A stretch of 63,297 bases of DNA, filler included, from Octopus bimaculoides (GCF_001194135.2; 6 parts of 5 records of this genome joined end to end with filler, not necessarily neighbours in it), one strand, 5' to 3'; positions 37,033 to 49,080 are shown, counted from the first letter of the whole stretch. Numbers and translations: made by a program. Notes: generated from the letters alone by a model not told the origin.

Positions 37033-37291
37033 GAAGTATATTTGCCACTTAAATGTGGCTGACCCCGAGGGGTGGATGTTACTGTTGCTTTTAACCCCAG
37101 GAGGACATCTCCTCCAGCTGGCTATCGACACACATCTGTGTCCTGACTGTATTTGCCAAGGGAAGTTATCTTTCCCATCTTGATCTACGATACGTACGTA
37201 CTCGAGTTTCAGGGTTATTTCCCTTCTTCAGCGTACGACAATCGCCGACCTTTGATGCAAAAAACATCCCTTGGCAAATATATATAACTTT
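37028..37291 (-). mobile_element. ~260-bp structured non-coding repeat carrying an intact hammerhead; 3' end at (TA)n
   Basis: 17/20 terminal inverted match (37028-37047 vs 37272-37291), perfect 14-bp inverted repeat (37150-37163 vs 37267-37280), several short hairpins. Confidence 0.65.
37193..37237 (-). ncRNA. Type I hammerhead ribozyme with complete core and three stems
   Basis: CGTACG CTGAAGA AGGG AAATAA CCCT GAA ACTCGAGT A CGTACG: stem I 6 bp, stem II 4 bp (A-U closing), palindromic stem III, GUA cleavage triplet (cut between 37199 and 37198). Confidence 0.88.
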
Positions 37292-37909
37292 GAATAATTT
37301 CACTGGAAAAAGTTACTGTTAATACCTTGTCATTCGATAGATAAATGCTTTGCCCGTGGCTAAGTTTATTTTGACTCTCATTTCTATCAATGCTGATGCT
37401 GAACGATAGTACTTGTGCCTTTCGGCAAATGGATGCAAGAAACATCTGTCAACAGTGACACAGCAACAACATCTGCAACAACACACATATTACCAACATT
37501 ACTATGACCATCACCATTGCTATCTCAATCACCACTACCACAGAGACAACCAACATCACAAATACAAGCAAAACACAATATACACCCAAACCAAGGACAA
37601 CCGCTAAGAAACAATACAAATTACGTCACCATAAATAAAAGCAACAAACACTTAATGAAACACACATTTCAACAGAGAGTCATTACTCAGAATGATTTCA
37701 TCATACGAACAAAAACACCCCAACACACAAAATTTATTCAAACAACTCAAAACATAACAGTAAAAAAACTTCATAAAAAAAAGGATCTGTTTGTGGAAAC
37801 TCACAGCCGACCGGAGGGAGGAAACATCTCCACCTCCAAAAGAATAAGATAAAGTGGCCTTTCCTCACTTTCTTCCCTTCTGTCAAATATAACCTTACAC
37901 ATTACCTGG

Positions 37910-38750
37910 GGTCATCTTGGCAGCAGAGCTGCCTACTCAACAATTTCAGGTCGTAAGACCGATGTGGTAGTCATCAGCAAGAAAAGAGTTTCCGATCCAC
38001 AAGTCTTCGTGCCAATTTTCTATTTATCTCTAAGTCGACTGGGATTGAGGGGTGGAACTGCGGTATTTTTTTAGGAAGGGTCTGGATTTCCCATGTTCTT
38101 GGACTCAGAAGGTAAGGTGGTGGTCATGGATGGGAAAATTAGTCAACGGGTACATTCATATTAGTAGCTGTTTATAATCCGACGCGGATTTCTTTAGGAT
38201 TTGGGGATTTTCCTAGGAAAGCCCCGCTTTTAGCGTTAGTGCGGGACTGACACACCATCTTGGATGCACGTTTGAATTGCATGATGCTTGCTGATAGGAA
38301 AGTGGGATTAAATAGTCTAGCAATCCTGCTCAGATGTTTCCAACTGTTCGATTGAATTTTGCGAATGGCTAATGTGGGCAGAAACAAATCGCATCGGATT
38401 ATCCAGATCATACCTAGACAGAGTATTCTGTAGACCAGTAGATGAAGGTAGCATAGGTTGTCCACATTTTAAATCGTCAGTTATACAGACCATACATTTT
38501 TGATCTGGAGGTCGAACTAGATGAATTTTATAGGTAGGGACCCGGTTACTGGCAGTTGAACATTTCGCTCCCGGCGCGCCTTGGCGTATAAAGCGGGAAT
38601 TGAGAATGCTACACGTCAACAACAAATGGCAGTTCGTTCTGGAAAGAGCGATTAGAGTAAAATCAACGAGGTTTAGTCAGGTCATAGCTATAGAGAAGAA
38701 AAGAATAGAAATATTTAAAAGAGGAGTTTGGGAAAGGGATCGAAACTGAC
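37910..38750 (+). mobile_element. Tx1/L1-clade LINE, APE endonuclease fragment
   Basis: DVVVIS, GLRGGTAVFFRKGLDF, SRSYLDRVFCR (38402), YTDHTF (38482), then NNKWQFVLERAIRVKSTRFS linker. Confidence 0.8.
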
Positions 38751-38829
38751 ACGCGCATGGTGAGAATGGCCCTCGACCAATAATTCAACACGAAGCTCAG
38801 AGGTCGCATTGTTTTTTATGGTGAGTGTG

Positions 38830-39510
38830 TCATATTATTTGCTTCTTCCTGTAAAAGATTTTCTTCTGTGAGCCTGACATACTTTTTGCCTGCTAATAAT
38901 GCGAGTTATAGTCTCTGGTTTGTTGCTCAAATCTGATTTTAGATTTCCTTTTATTTGGTCAATTTCAATGTCGGTCAACTACTTCTCTTGGAACATTCGC
39001 AAGTTTGTTGCTGTTTAGTTTTCTCACCCAAATCAATATGTTTGTTCAGTATTTAAAAACTTGTGATGGATAATACATGGAAGTGTAATAAGCTTCAATT
39101 ACATGTTTATTGTGATCTCTAGAGCGTTCCTGTCTCTTGATTTGATTCGTTCTTGCTTGTGTTGGCCATAGAGAACCCTCAGAACGTCTTGTCCTGCCGT
39201 AGAAGACTTCCAGCCTCAAATTATTGGAAAGGTTTGAACAAGTAACAACTTTTCCAACCCCTGACTGGTTCCTCTTAGGGTAATGCGGCCCTTGTTGACC
39301 TAGCAACGACCGATACGGTGTAAGTTCTAATTTGTTGACATTAAAAGATGCTGGATTTGAGTAAGGTCCCAGAAAGACCGGTATTTTTATTGAGAAACTA
39401 ACTCTAGACAGGCTATCATTGGCTCAGAGAGGTCTGTCTGCCTTAGCTGGTCGCCAACCTAGTAAACTGCCTCTGGGCGCTTTATGCCAGACTTCCTGTG
39501 TCTCAGGCGG
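38830..39510 (-). mobile_element. R4/Dong-like RLE LINE, N-terminal ORF relic
   Basis: KHVIEAYYTSMYYPS, NSNKLANVPREV and LTDIEIDQIKGNLK across frameshifts; recalled as resembling the N-terminus of R4/Dong ORFs. Confidence 0.55.
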
Positions 39511-39639
39511 ATTGCCTTTACCACAGTTTTGTTCAACCCGACGGGAATCCCATCGACCCCAAATACAATGATAACGAGGATGATGATGAAGATGATGATG
39601 GTGCTGATGATGATGTTGATGATGATTCTTTTATGTGCC

Positions 39640-41770
39640 CCCAGAACGACGAATGAGGGGGACAGTACTAAGACAGATATAAAGAGTGAGGATTTATATA
39701 GAATGAAATGATGAGAATGTAGAAAGTATACACAATATAAAAACAAAGTAAGTATACATGGTATACACCAGAAAAAGGGGAAAAGATGATAGTGATGTTA
39801 TTTTCCTAACACAGGAGGGCCTCTGGGGACAGTCTAGGAACACCACCATCCAAGATCTCCCTGAATACCAAGGGCAAGTGAAACTTAAAATGTCGATGTG
39901 GCCTCCACCAAAGAAGAATGTCTTTGTCCTCATGCCTTTCAGCTTCGTCCACCAAACAGCTTCTTTGCAACTGTCACCAGACAACGGTCTTACCTGTCCG
40001 ATTAAATGAGAGTGGAGGGTAATCATCATTATGGACTATCGATAGACAGGTTCGTCCCACACGTCACAGCAGCTGTTCGACATAACTCCACAAGTTAGCA
40101 ATGCCCGGACACCGAACGAATGCTTGCAGAAACGGTTTCATCGCTCTGCACGCATCTCGACAAGCCCATCTGACAAGTCCGGGCTAATAGAGTTTATTTG
40201 GAACCAGTAACATCCTTAGGAAGCTCAGCCAGGTTAAAGGTTTCTGGAAGTTAAGCATGGTAGTCATTGATCGTTAAGTCCTTCGGAATATATTAAGCAA
40301 GTCGTTTTCGTGACGTCTAGAGTCTCCCCGAGGACGTCATCGCACTTCCCCGTCACTAACCTCTATACATTGCTAAAGTGGAACACCTATTAATCCCATT
40401 ACCTGATGGATGGAGGACTGTGAGTGCCTGACAACATTTTAGGTGCCATGCGCCAAGTCTTGGTCTTTTCTTCTCCCAGGATTGTAGCTCCGTCATGGAG
40501 ACGATCTGTGGAAAGACGTGTCTCAAGAACATAGCCCACACACGTTCACCGTCTAGGAATCGTTACAAGCGGCACAACATCAACGCGTCTGCATATCAGT
40601 ACCCACAACATTGATAACTCGCCACACAGAGGATACTGGCAGTGGACTGACCACCTGACCATTGGAACGCGTCCTTTCCACAAAAAAAAAAAAAAATAAC
40701 GGACGTTCCAAACTGACCAAGCAGTAGTCGGGGTAAAGAAATAAATAATCCTTTGTACTTTAGGCACAAGGCCTATAATAAATAATAAATAATAACGAAG
40801 GCGATGCAGACATCTATCTAAATATTATCTGGATGACTTGCTGTTGTTGCTCCATGTCCACGCTAGCATATCAGAGAAATCTTGTCGGTACTTGTCAGAC
40901 AGCTGGAAGTTTCTGAGCAGATATTCGAGGCTTTCGCCCCCCACTTTTGCTACGCACTAGCCCACAGTCCGTCCATGCGTCCAAAATGCAATTCCAGTCA
41001 CCAACAGTACTAAAGATGGAAGCATTCCAGAAACGTTTCTTGACCCTTGAAGAAATCTGATTAAAGGCACTGTTATCACTGTTACACACGTCTCAGACCA
41101 TCAATCTACCGTCCATTTCTGTGAAGATTACCCGTACTTCGAGATTTAAGGATTTTCGGAATGGTACTGCTACCCCGCTGCTCGATCCCGACAAACCACC
41201 AGATGGGGATATATAGTCATAAAAAATGTGCGGCAGCACTTGTGTTCCAGAAATTTTCGTCTCGCTGATGTCTACCACATTTATGTCGAGCGAATTAAAC
41301 CGTTGAGCAAGTGACTCTGCTTCCAAATAGAACCCATACTACGAACCAGCCTACTCCAAGTGCAGTCATTTTAGGTTTGAGAAAATAATATGAATAATAT
41401 GAACTTATCTTGGCTTTCATGTGTGTCTGTTGAAATTGACTACCTTTTAGCTGAGGAGGAAACAGGGAAAGGCTTCGCTTCGCTAGTAAGCTTTTCCTGG
41501 GACACACACTGAATTCTTTGATGTCCAGGAGAATTTTTCCTCTAAGTTTAGATACGTATTCGTATTAGTCTGTTTCAGCATTCTGTCCGAGGAAGTTTTT
41601 GGGAGGAGTTCAGTGAAAGAATCCCAGTCCTGTTGAGCTGGAGGGTCGATTTCACCTCCACAATCTCCCCATGTTCCTCCAGTGTGGCTAAAACTCTCGC
41701 CGTATCTAGATGAGCCCACGTTGTTGACTGGAATTCTAGTCAACCTCTTACCCATATAAAGACGAACCAT
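39640..41770 (-). mobile_element. Tx1/L1-clade LINE relic: ORF1 piece, endonuclease, post-RT/zinc knuckle and 3' UTR, RT missing
   Basis: ORF1-like RVLATLEEHGEIVEVKSTLQLN; EN motifs ISETK, SGVAV, GDWNCILD, WTW..SR*YLDR; then LWKGRVPMVR, DDVLGETLD, KEAVWWTKLKG homologous to 17480-18290. Confidence 0.8.
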
Positions 41771-42099
41771 TATAAAGGTCTGGGAGGTGCATGTAATAGT
41801 TGCAATACTTCAAGCTTCTTGTTGGTCGATGTATATAACAGCTACTGTCTGCGTATTGTTTTCCTTTATATATATATACGTAGCACATCTCTGAGGCATT
41901 TTTCTTTTACTGCCGGAGTAGCAAATTTGTCTCCCCTCTTTGCGAGAAACGCACTTATACACAATGGTTTTTCGTTCAGATTTAGTTTTTTTCCCCTTCT
42001 CACAAAGAAACGTAACTCCTGGTTTCACAATATCATTTTTGTAGTGGAGGGGCCTTATCTTTCAGATCTTACTTCGAATGCACGGTCGGCTGGTTAGAA

Positions 42100-42420
42100 A
42101 AGATAGAGTTGTCATTGTTGCTATTACTGATTTGTTGTTGTTTTGCACAGTTTTTGTTGTTGTTACTGCTGTGGTTGATGTAAATATTGCTGACTTCATT
42201 CTTGATACTGTCTCTATTTTCATTCTCGCACTTGTCCTCGATCTTGTCGTTGTTCATGTTGTTGTTCATGTTGTTGTCGCTGTTGTTGTTGCTTCTACTG
42301 TTGCTGCTGTTGTATATAGTCATTACTGTTATTGTTGTCGTTATATAGTTGTTGTTGTCACTGTTGCAGCTGCTGCTTGTATTTTCGCAGATGTTGCCGT
42401 TGTCATAGCAGCAAGACAAA
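42100..42420. repeat. Degenerate (GTT)n low-complexity tract
   Basis: Directly visible. Confidence 0.85.
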
Positions 42421-43936
42421 ATTCCTTTAGTTAGATTCAATAAATTTATTTCAACCTCAACTTGCCTGCCATTGAGGTCATGTTCTGTTGTCATGGATAC
42501 ATTAGCATTTAAAACTGGGTCGACGGAACGCTGGCCTCCATCAGTTATTAATTATTGTGTCGTGTGTTCCGACATTTTTTAAAGTTGGAAAATTTTCAAA
42601 ATTTTTGTTTTTACAAGGAATTCAAAATAGATATCATTGAGTTGCATTCTCAGAAGAAGGCACAATTAGACAGAAATATTACCATCGTTACCCAGACAAT
42701 ATTAAGAATAAAATTATTACAATATGACAAACTCTAAGCAGCCGAAAAGTCTCATGAAACTCTCAGAACTTCACAAGCTCACTAACAAATACTTAGAATA
42801 ATTCAACTATGACAATAATTGTTTTAACTTCCGGGTAAAATACACATAGAGAAATTGGTACAATCGACATTCGTACACAATTGAATTTGGGACGTTTTTA
42901 CCCATACATTTAACAAAATAGGAAAGTCGAAAATGTAAGAGAACATTTTCGTTAAAAATAGGATTATGTAAGGCATCAATAGAGACCATTGACTGCAGTT
43001 GTGAGTCACGTTGAAATCAATTTATGTACAACAGGTAAATAGGCGTTAAAAATAACTTTCTTCGTAAAATTAGGAATAAATATAGAATTCAATACAACGC
43101 TTTAATAATGGTGGAAAACGAAGTCTAACGATAATACTAATAGACAAGATCATGTATAACAGAGAAGAAAGATGGAGATAATAACGATATCAGCATATTT
43201 TTATTATTGAAAGAAAATATATTTAAGTGAAATGTAAAAGACTACATGGGGTTCATAGAAATGTTAAAAAATCAAATACTTAGACAAAATTTATAACCTA
43301 ATTACGAAAACTGAAAGGATAGTGTATAGTATAAGCATAATATCATACATATAGAAAATGTGGCCTGTGTGTTTTCTGTGCTCTGTTTCCCATTTTGCCC
43401 ATGCTTTTTTTTGTGACGTCCTGTACCCAGATATGCATCTATATATACATGTAGATGTAGGTATGTACATGCATGTACGTATATACGTATATATGCATAT
43501 ATTCACATATTATTTGTATTATATATATATATGTATGTATATATATATATATATATATANNNNNNNNNNNNNNNNNNNNNNNNNNNNNNNNNNNNNNNNN
43601 NNNNNNNNNNNNNNNNNNNNNNNNNNNNNNNNNNNNNNNNNNNNNNNNNNNNNNNNNNNNNNNNNNNNNNNNNNNNNNNNNNNNNNNNNNNNNNNNNNNN
43701 NNNNNNNNNNNNNNNNNNNNNNNNNNNNNNNNNNNNNNNNNNNNNNNNNNNNNNNNNNNNNNNNNNNNNNNNNNNNNNNNNNNNNNNNNNNNNNNNNNNN
43801 NNNNNNNNNNNNNNNNNNNNNNNNNNNNNNNNNNNNNNNNNNNNNNNNNNNNNNNNNNNNNNNNNNNNNNNNNNNNNNNNNNNNNNNNNNNNNNNNNNNN
43901 NNNNNNNNNNNNNNNNNNNNNNNNNNNNNNNNNNNN

Positions 43937-44001
<65 letters not shown>

Positions 44002-44440
44002 TATGATCACTACAGTTTGTGCATCTGATGTGTGGTTGTGGCTGGCTGCAACGATTATTTCACCCAACCATAAATAAATACTACCATGAAGCTAACATTG
44101 ATCGAATGTATAATATCGCTCGTTATCTGAGAAATCTATTAGAAGCAGGCGTGATTTTAAAACTGCATGTGTTCTCCTTGAATTTCATCCTATACGATAA
44201 TTCTATTTATCCTAATCTTCTGTGCATTGAAGCTAATATGATATTACTCTACTTTCTAACACAATGTTTGTTTGCATGTTTTTTAAAACTTTTATTCTAG
44301 AACTGAGCAACTAACATCAAATAGAAAATTAAAAGTATTTTGAACTTTTTCAAGTGCACTGTAATCGTACAGACTTACGACTTAAATCATAAATTGAGTC
44401 TGGTTTTCGGTAACCAAAAACCCAAAAGTACATGTAGTAT

Positions 44441-44695
44441 CGTGGAGGCGTGTGGCTTAGTGGTTAGGGTGTCAGCATCATGATCGTAAGATTGTGGTTT
44501 CGATTCCTGGACCAGGCGACGCGTTGTGTTCTTGAGCAAAACAATTCATTTCACGTTGCTCCAGTTCACTCAGCTGGCAAATATGAGTAACGTTGCGATG
44601 GACTGGCGTCCCATCCAGCTGGGGAACACATACGCCATTGAAACCGGGAAACCGGGCCCATGAGCCTGGCTAGGCTTTCAAGGGCGCATTTATTA
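44441..44695 (+). mobile_element. tRNA-derived SINE, family S3, near consensus
   Basis: A-box-like tggcttagtgg, B-box-like gtttcgattcc, then gttgtgttcttgagcaaaac...gctccagttcactcagctgg...; homologues at 53455 and 53810. Confidence 0.9.
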
Positions 44696-45189
44696 TTTTT
44701 TTAAACTGCAGTATCGGATCTGTTGGAACCAGACGCAGAGCAACCAGAGAGTGGAGGGAGTATATGTGGGAAACTTTTATAATTCGTCTTAAGCATGTGC
44801 ATCTCTAATTATATGAAACCTCAAATGATTACATGTGATTGTCGTTTGGAAAATGTTAAAAAACAAATAATGGAAAACCTACTGAAAACTGTTTGAGATC
44901 TGAAAAGTTAACAATCACCATTCGCTTGTCACAATAGCAACAACTGCAACAATCAATTTAAATCAGGTACAAACATGTAAACAAGAAGATATTGTATGTC
45001 AGGGCAAGATGTTCTACAAAGATATATAAAAGACAAATTGTCTAATTTTGTTTATACTAACAGTGTTAAGTATAACAGTACTACAAAGCACTGTTAACAA
45101 TTAGACTTAGATTTAGTGTCTTTCTGCGTTGTGGGACGCAAAAGGTAACAAGTTTCCTCTGGAGTTGTTGCTCTGTCGCAGTTCTTTCC

Positions 45190-45333
45190 GCTGCTGCCCA
45201 ACTACTCTCCAGCCGATAGAATATATCAGCCAAAACGTTGTGTTAACAACAAACAAGATGAGGACAAATATCCGTCAAATGTAAATAATGTAAATAATGT
45301 ACATAAGTCCTCATCTCTTAAATATAGAACTGT
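45190..45333 (+). mobile_element. PLE-like terminal repeat (same family as 28802), hammerhead 3' half only
   Basis: gaatatatcagccaaaacgttgtgttaacaacaaacaagatgagg...ctcatctcttaaatatagaactg. Confidence 0.55.
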
Positions 45334-45399
45334 ATTTTCACTAACGGCCCTCTCGTAAAATCTGTACCAGGGTTTAAAACTTGCTGAATAAGGTTTTTA

Positions 45400-47105
45400 G
45401 AGATAATTCAAACCCTGTGGTCCTGGGTTCAGTCCCACTGTGTGGCACCTTTGACAACTATCTTCTTTTATAGCCCCGGGTCAACCAAAGCTTTATGAAT
45501 AGAATGGACTGTGTCTATTGCGGGCGGTCGGTTGTGATAATTTTCATACCTTGCTGTTCCAGTATTGTCAATGCACTGTCTACATCTTACTCTCTTCCAA
45601 GATTCTTTTATTGTGATTGGCAGGAGTGTTTCCAAATATTTCTTACTCTTTGTTGTATTGCTTTATGTTTTCCACAGATACTCCACTCAGTGGTTGCTTA
45701 GCGTCTTGTTCCATCAGATCTGATTCTATATGTACTTTTGGGTTTTGATTAACGAAAACCAGACTGAATTTCTGATTTAAGTCCTAAGTCAGTAGGATTA
45801 CAGTACACTTGAGAACGTTCAAAATACTTAAAATTTTTTTTCCATGTTAGTTGATCAGTTCTAGAATAAAAGTTAAAAAAACCCCCCAAAAACAAGCAAA
45901 CAAACATTGTGTCAATAAGTAGAGCAATAACATATTAGCTTCACTGCACAAAAAATTAGAATAAACTGAATTGTCGGATTGGGTAGCAGGCATGAAATTC
46001 AAAAGAACACACGCAGTTATAAAATCACGTCTGCTTCTGATTTTATTTATGTGTACTTCTAAATGATGTTCATGTGATATGGCACATGTTTTGTACTATG
46101 TTGCATGAAGTCAATCATGACGTCATCATTCTATTCTGACAAGATAAATAACCAACAGATGGCGCCAACTGCAAAACAGAGAGCAGTAGCACCACTTGTA
46201 TTTTTGTATCTTTTTGTTTTTGCTAAATTCACAGGTTTCACATAAATGTGAAATAAATAAATTGAAAAAAGCATGTTATTTGAGCGCGAATAAGGAAAGA
46301 GGAATTGACTGACTTTTATATTAATTTTTGAGAATTATTGAATAAACTGCAAAAGATTAGGATGATCACTGTATAGTTAGGGTTGATAACCGCACATTTT
46401 AGGAACAATGCATAGTCAAATTAAGACCGGTTGTCAAACGGCGCGACACAAACGAAAAGATGGCACGCGTGATCGGGCGTACATATACGCACATACACAC
46501 ACACATATATGAGTATATGAATATATATATATTCTTTCTTTTATTCTTTTATTTGTTTCAGTCATTTGACTGCGGCCATGCTGGAGGCACCGACTTTAGT
46601 CGAACAACTCGAGCCCAGGACTTATTCTTTGTAAGCCTAGTACTTATTCTATCAGTCTCTTTTGCCGAACCGCTAAGTTACGTTAAACACACCAAAATCG
46701 ATTGTCAAGCGATGGTGAGAGGGATACACACACACACACACACACACATACACACATACGCTCATTGTATGGCACCTTTGACAACTATCTTCTTTTATAG
46801 CCCCGGGTCAACCAAAACTTTATGAATAGATTTGGTAGATGGAAACCGTGTGGAAGCCCGTCGTATATGCATGTGTGTATGTCTTTGTGCTCGTGATCGT
46901 CTTCCAACCGCTTGACAACCAGTGTCAGTTTTTTTATCTTTCCGCAACGTAGCAGTTCGACAAAGCAGGCCGATAGAATAAGCGTCAGGCTTAAAAAAAC
47001 AAACAAGCAAAAACTAAATAGGATTGATTTGTTTAACTAAAACCCTTCAAGTCGGTGCCCCAGCATGGCTGCAGTCCATGAAACAAGTAGAAGTTAAGAG
47101 ATAAT
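45400..47105 (+). mobile_element. SINE S1 split by a 1262-bp insertion flanked by a 65-bp direct duplication
   Basis: 45439-45503 equals 46766-46830 with 2 mismatches; the SINE resumes at 46831 and ends near 47105. Confidence 0.85.
46535..46755 (-). mobile_element. SINE S1 3' half
   Basis: tcagtcatttgactgcggccatgctggagg...cttattctttgtaagcctagtacttattctatc. Confidence 0.9.
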
Positions 47106-47124
47106 CAACAATCTGTTCAGTATT

Positions 47125-47760
47125 TATTTTTTATCTTTTATTTATTTGAGCCATTAGACTGTGGCCATGCTGGGGCACCACTTTCTAGAATTTCCGTCGA
47201 ACGAATCGACCCTAGACCTATTTTTTAAAATCTGGCACTTATTTTATCGGATTTTTTTGGCGAACTGCTAAGTTATGGGGACGTAAGCATACCAACACCA
47301 CTTGTCAAGCGATGGGGGTATTTAAAGAGGGGAACTTGTGTCAGAGGATGAAAGGTTAGAGGGTGACAGAGAGAGACAGAAGCAAGTGTCTTGCCACAAC
47401 AGAGGGGGCATTAGAAAGGGGATCCAGTAGCAAATGATGAAAGGTTAGAGTGTAACAGAGAAAGAGAGAGGCAGAAATAGATGTTTTGCTATAGAGGAGG
47501 TACATAGTTACCCAGGGAGAGAGAGACACACACACACACACACACACAAAACACACACACACACACACACACATACACACAAAACACACACACATATGAT
47601 AGGCTTCTTACAGTTTCCATCTGCCAAATTCACTCACAAGGCTTTTGTAGGCCCAAGGCTATGATTGAAGACACTTGCCCAAGATGCAATGCAATAAGAC
47701 TGAACCTTGAACCGTGTGGTTGGGAAGCAAATTTCTTACCACACAACCACGCTGCATCTT
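47125..47760 (-). mobile_element. SINE S1 with an expanded internal region containing an ~88-bp-period duplication
   Basis: 3' half at 47125-47320, 5' half at 47590-47760; gatgaaaggttagag.gt.acagaga repeated at ~47347 and ~47436. Confidence 0.8.
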
Positions 47761-48777
47761 CAGAACTAAAATAAATAAATAAATAATAAATTTTAACCAT
47801 GCGATAAAGTGTTAATGAAGTGATTTTGAACACTGTGTGCTGGATCCACTTCTTTGTGTAATTTGCATTTCTTTACAGTTAATCAGTAAATAAAGCGAGA
47901 GAGTGTAGAAGTTTCTATAGGCGAAGCGCATTCGATGTGGAGCCATATTCCAAATGGAATATAAATTGCTTCCCTACCAAAACAGGCCTGGCATACACTC
48001 CTCACAACTAAATTCCATATGGAAGTTTCAAATCAGGATCATAAATTTTGTGAAATTTGCCTGCTAGTAATAACTTCCGGTTCGCTTCGCAATACCCACT
48101 CCTTTCACTCCAGTTTTATGTATGTACGTCACATATATTCCTCAACGCTTTCATTAAAGACAGAACAAACATGTAAATCTTCATTCTGTCCACGTATCAC
48201 TCCCAATTTCTCTTTCTCTCTCGGAGTTTTCTTTCCTCAGTCGAGATCCAGATTATCCTTGCAATTTCGGCTGGTTATTCTGCATATGTATAATAATGAA
48301 GATAAAATTAGTACATATTTAACCGGTGTAATAGTTAAAGCTATACTATTTAAAGCTAAAGACGTTTATTTGGATAAGTACTGTTTTCACTTTGCTAAAG
48401 ATTTTCTACTATTTGAAAATAATATGTATTCTTGTTTTTATACTATTCATTTGGTTCTTTATAGATTATTTTAATAGATAACTTATTTAACACTATATTA
48501 TTTAGAAGTTATAGTTTCATTTCAACATAATATTAGAACTTCGATTGGAATAGTGTTGATATATTTTCGATTATTTTTGATTAATATTATTTGATTAATT
48601 ATTAATCTTTATAGTTTATAATATCGTTAAAGTTTTTTTTAAAATCAAAACTTTGTATATATATATAAAGTTTAACCNNNNNNNNNNNNNNNNNNNNNNN
48701 NNNNNNNNNNNNNNNNNNNNNTTAATTAATTAANNNNNNNNNNNNNNNNNNNNNNNNNNNNNNNNNNNNNNNNNNNN

Positions 48778-48815
<38 letters not shown>

Positions 48816-48838
48816 ACATACATACACACATATATATA

Positions 48839-48871
<33 letters not shown>

Positions 48872-48924
48872 ATACGTATGTATGTATATATACATGCTGG
48901 ACCGCTGAACTCTACACGCTTTTT

Positions 48925-49080
48925 TCATTCTGTTTATTTTCTCTTATTTCTTTCTGCTGAAGAGCGTAGGCTCGAAACGTAAAAAACTTTTTCATTTTCC
49001 CGAGCGTCAAACTAATACACCTGCTTCTCGCTTATACACCTATCTTCGTCTTTTGGTTTTCTGTAAATTTCAACTATATA
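48925..49080 (+). mobile_element. PLE-like terminal repeat with hammerhead variant (48951-48984)
   Basis: TTT CTGCTGA A GAGC GTAG GCTC GAA ACGT A AAA: all stems present, core A6>C. Confidence 0.7.

Noticed and set aside
37945-37985. CTGATGA...GAAA on the minus strand
   Set aside because: No stems; antisense to the Tx1 endonuclease sequence.
39440-39570. HDV-like ribozyme at the 5' end of the Dong-like relic
   Set aside because: Plausible from RLE element biology, but I could not build the nested double pseudoknot by hand; needs an RNArobo search.
41448-41480. CTGAGGA...GAAA on the plus strand
   Set aside because: Stem II cannot form.
44441-44520. tRNA genes at SINE heads (also 19665, 21290, 53810)
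   Set aside because: A/B-box-like sequences continue into SINE bodies; no acceptor stem or Pol III terminator was seen.
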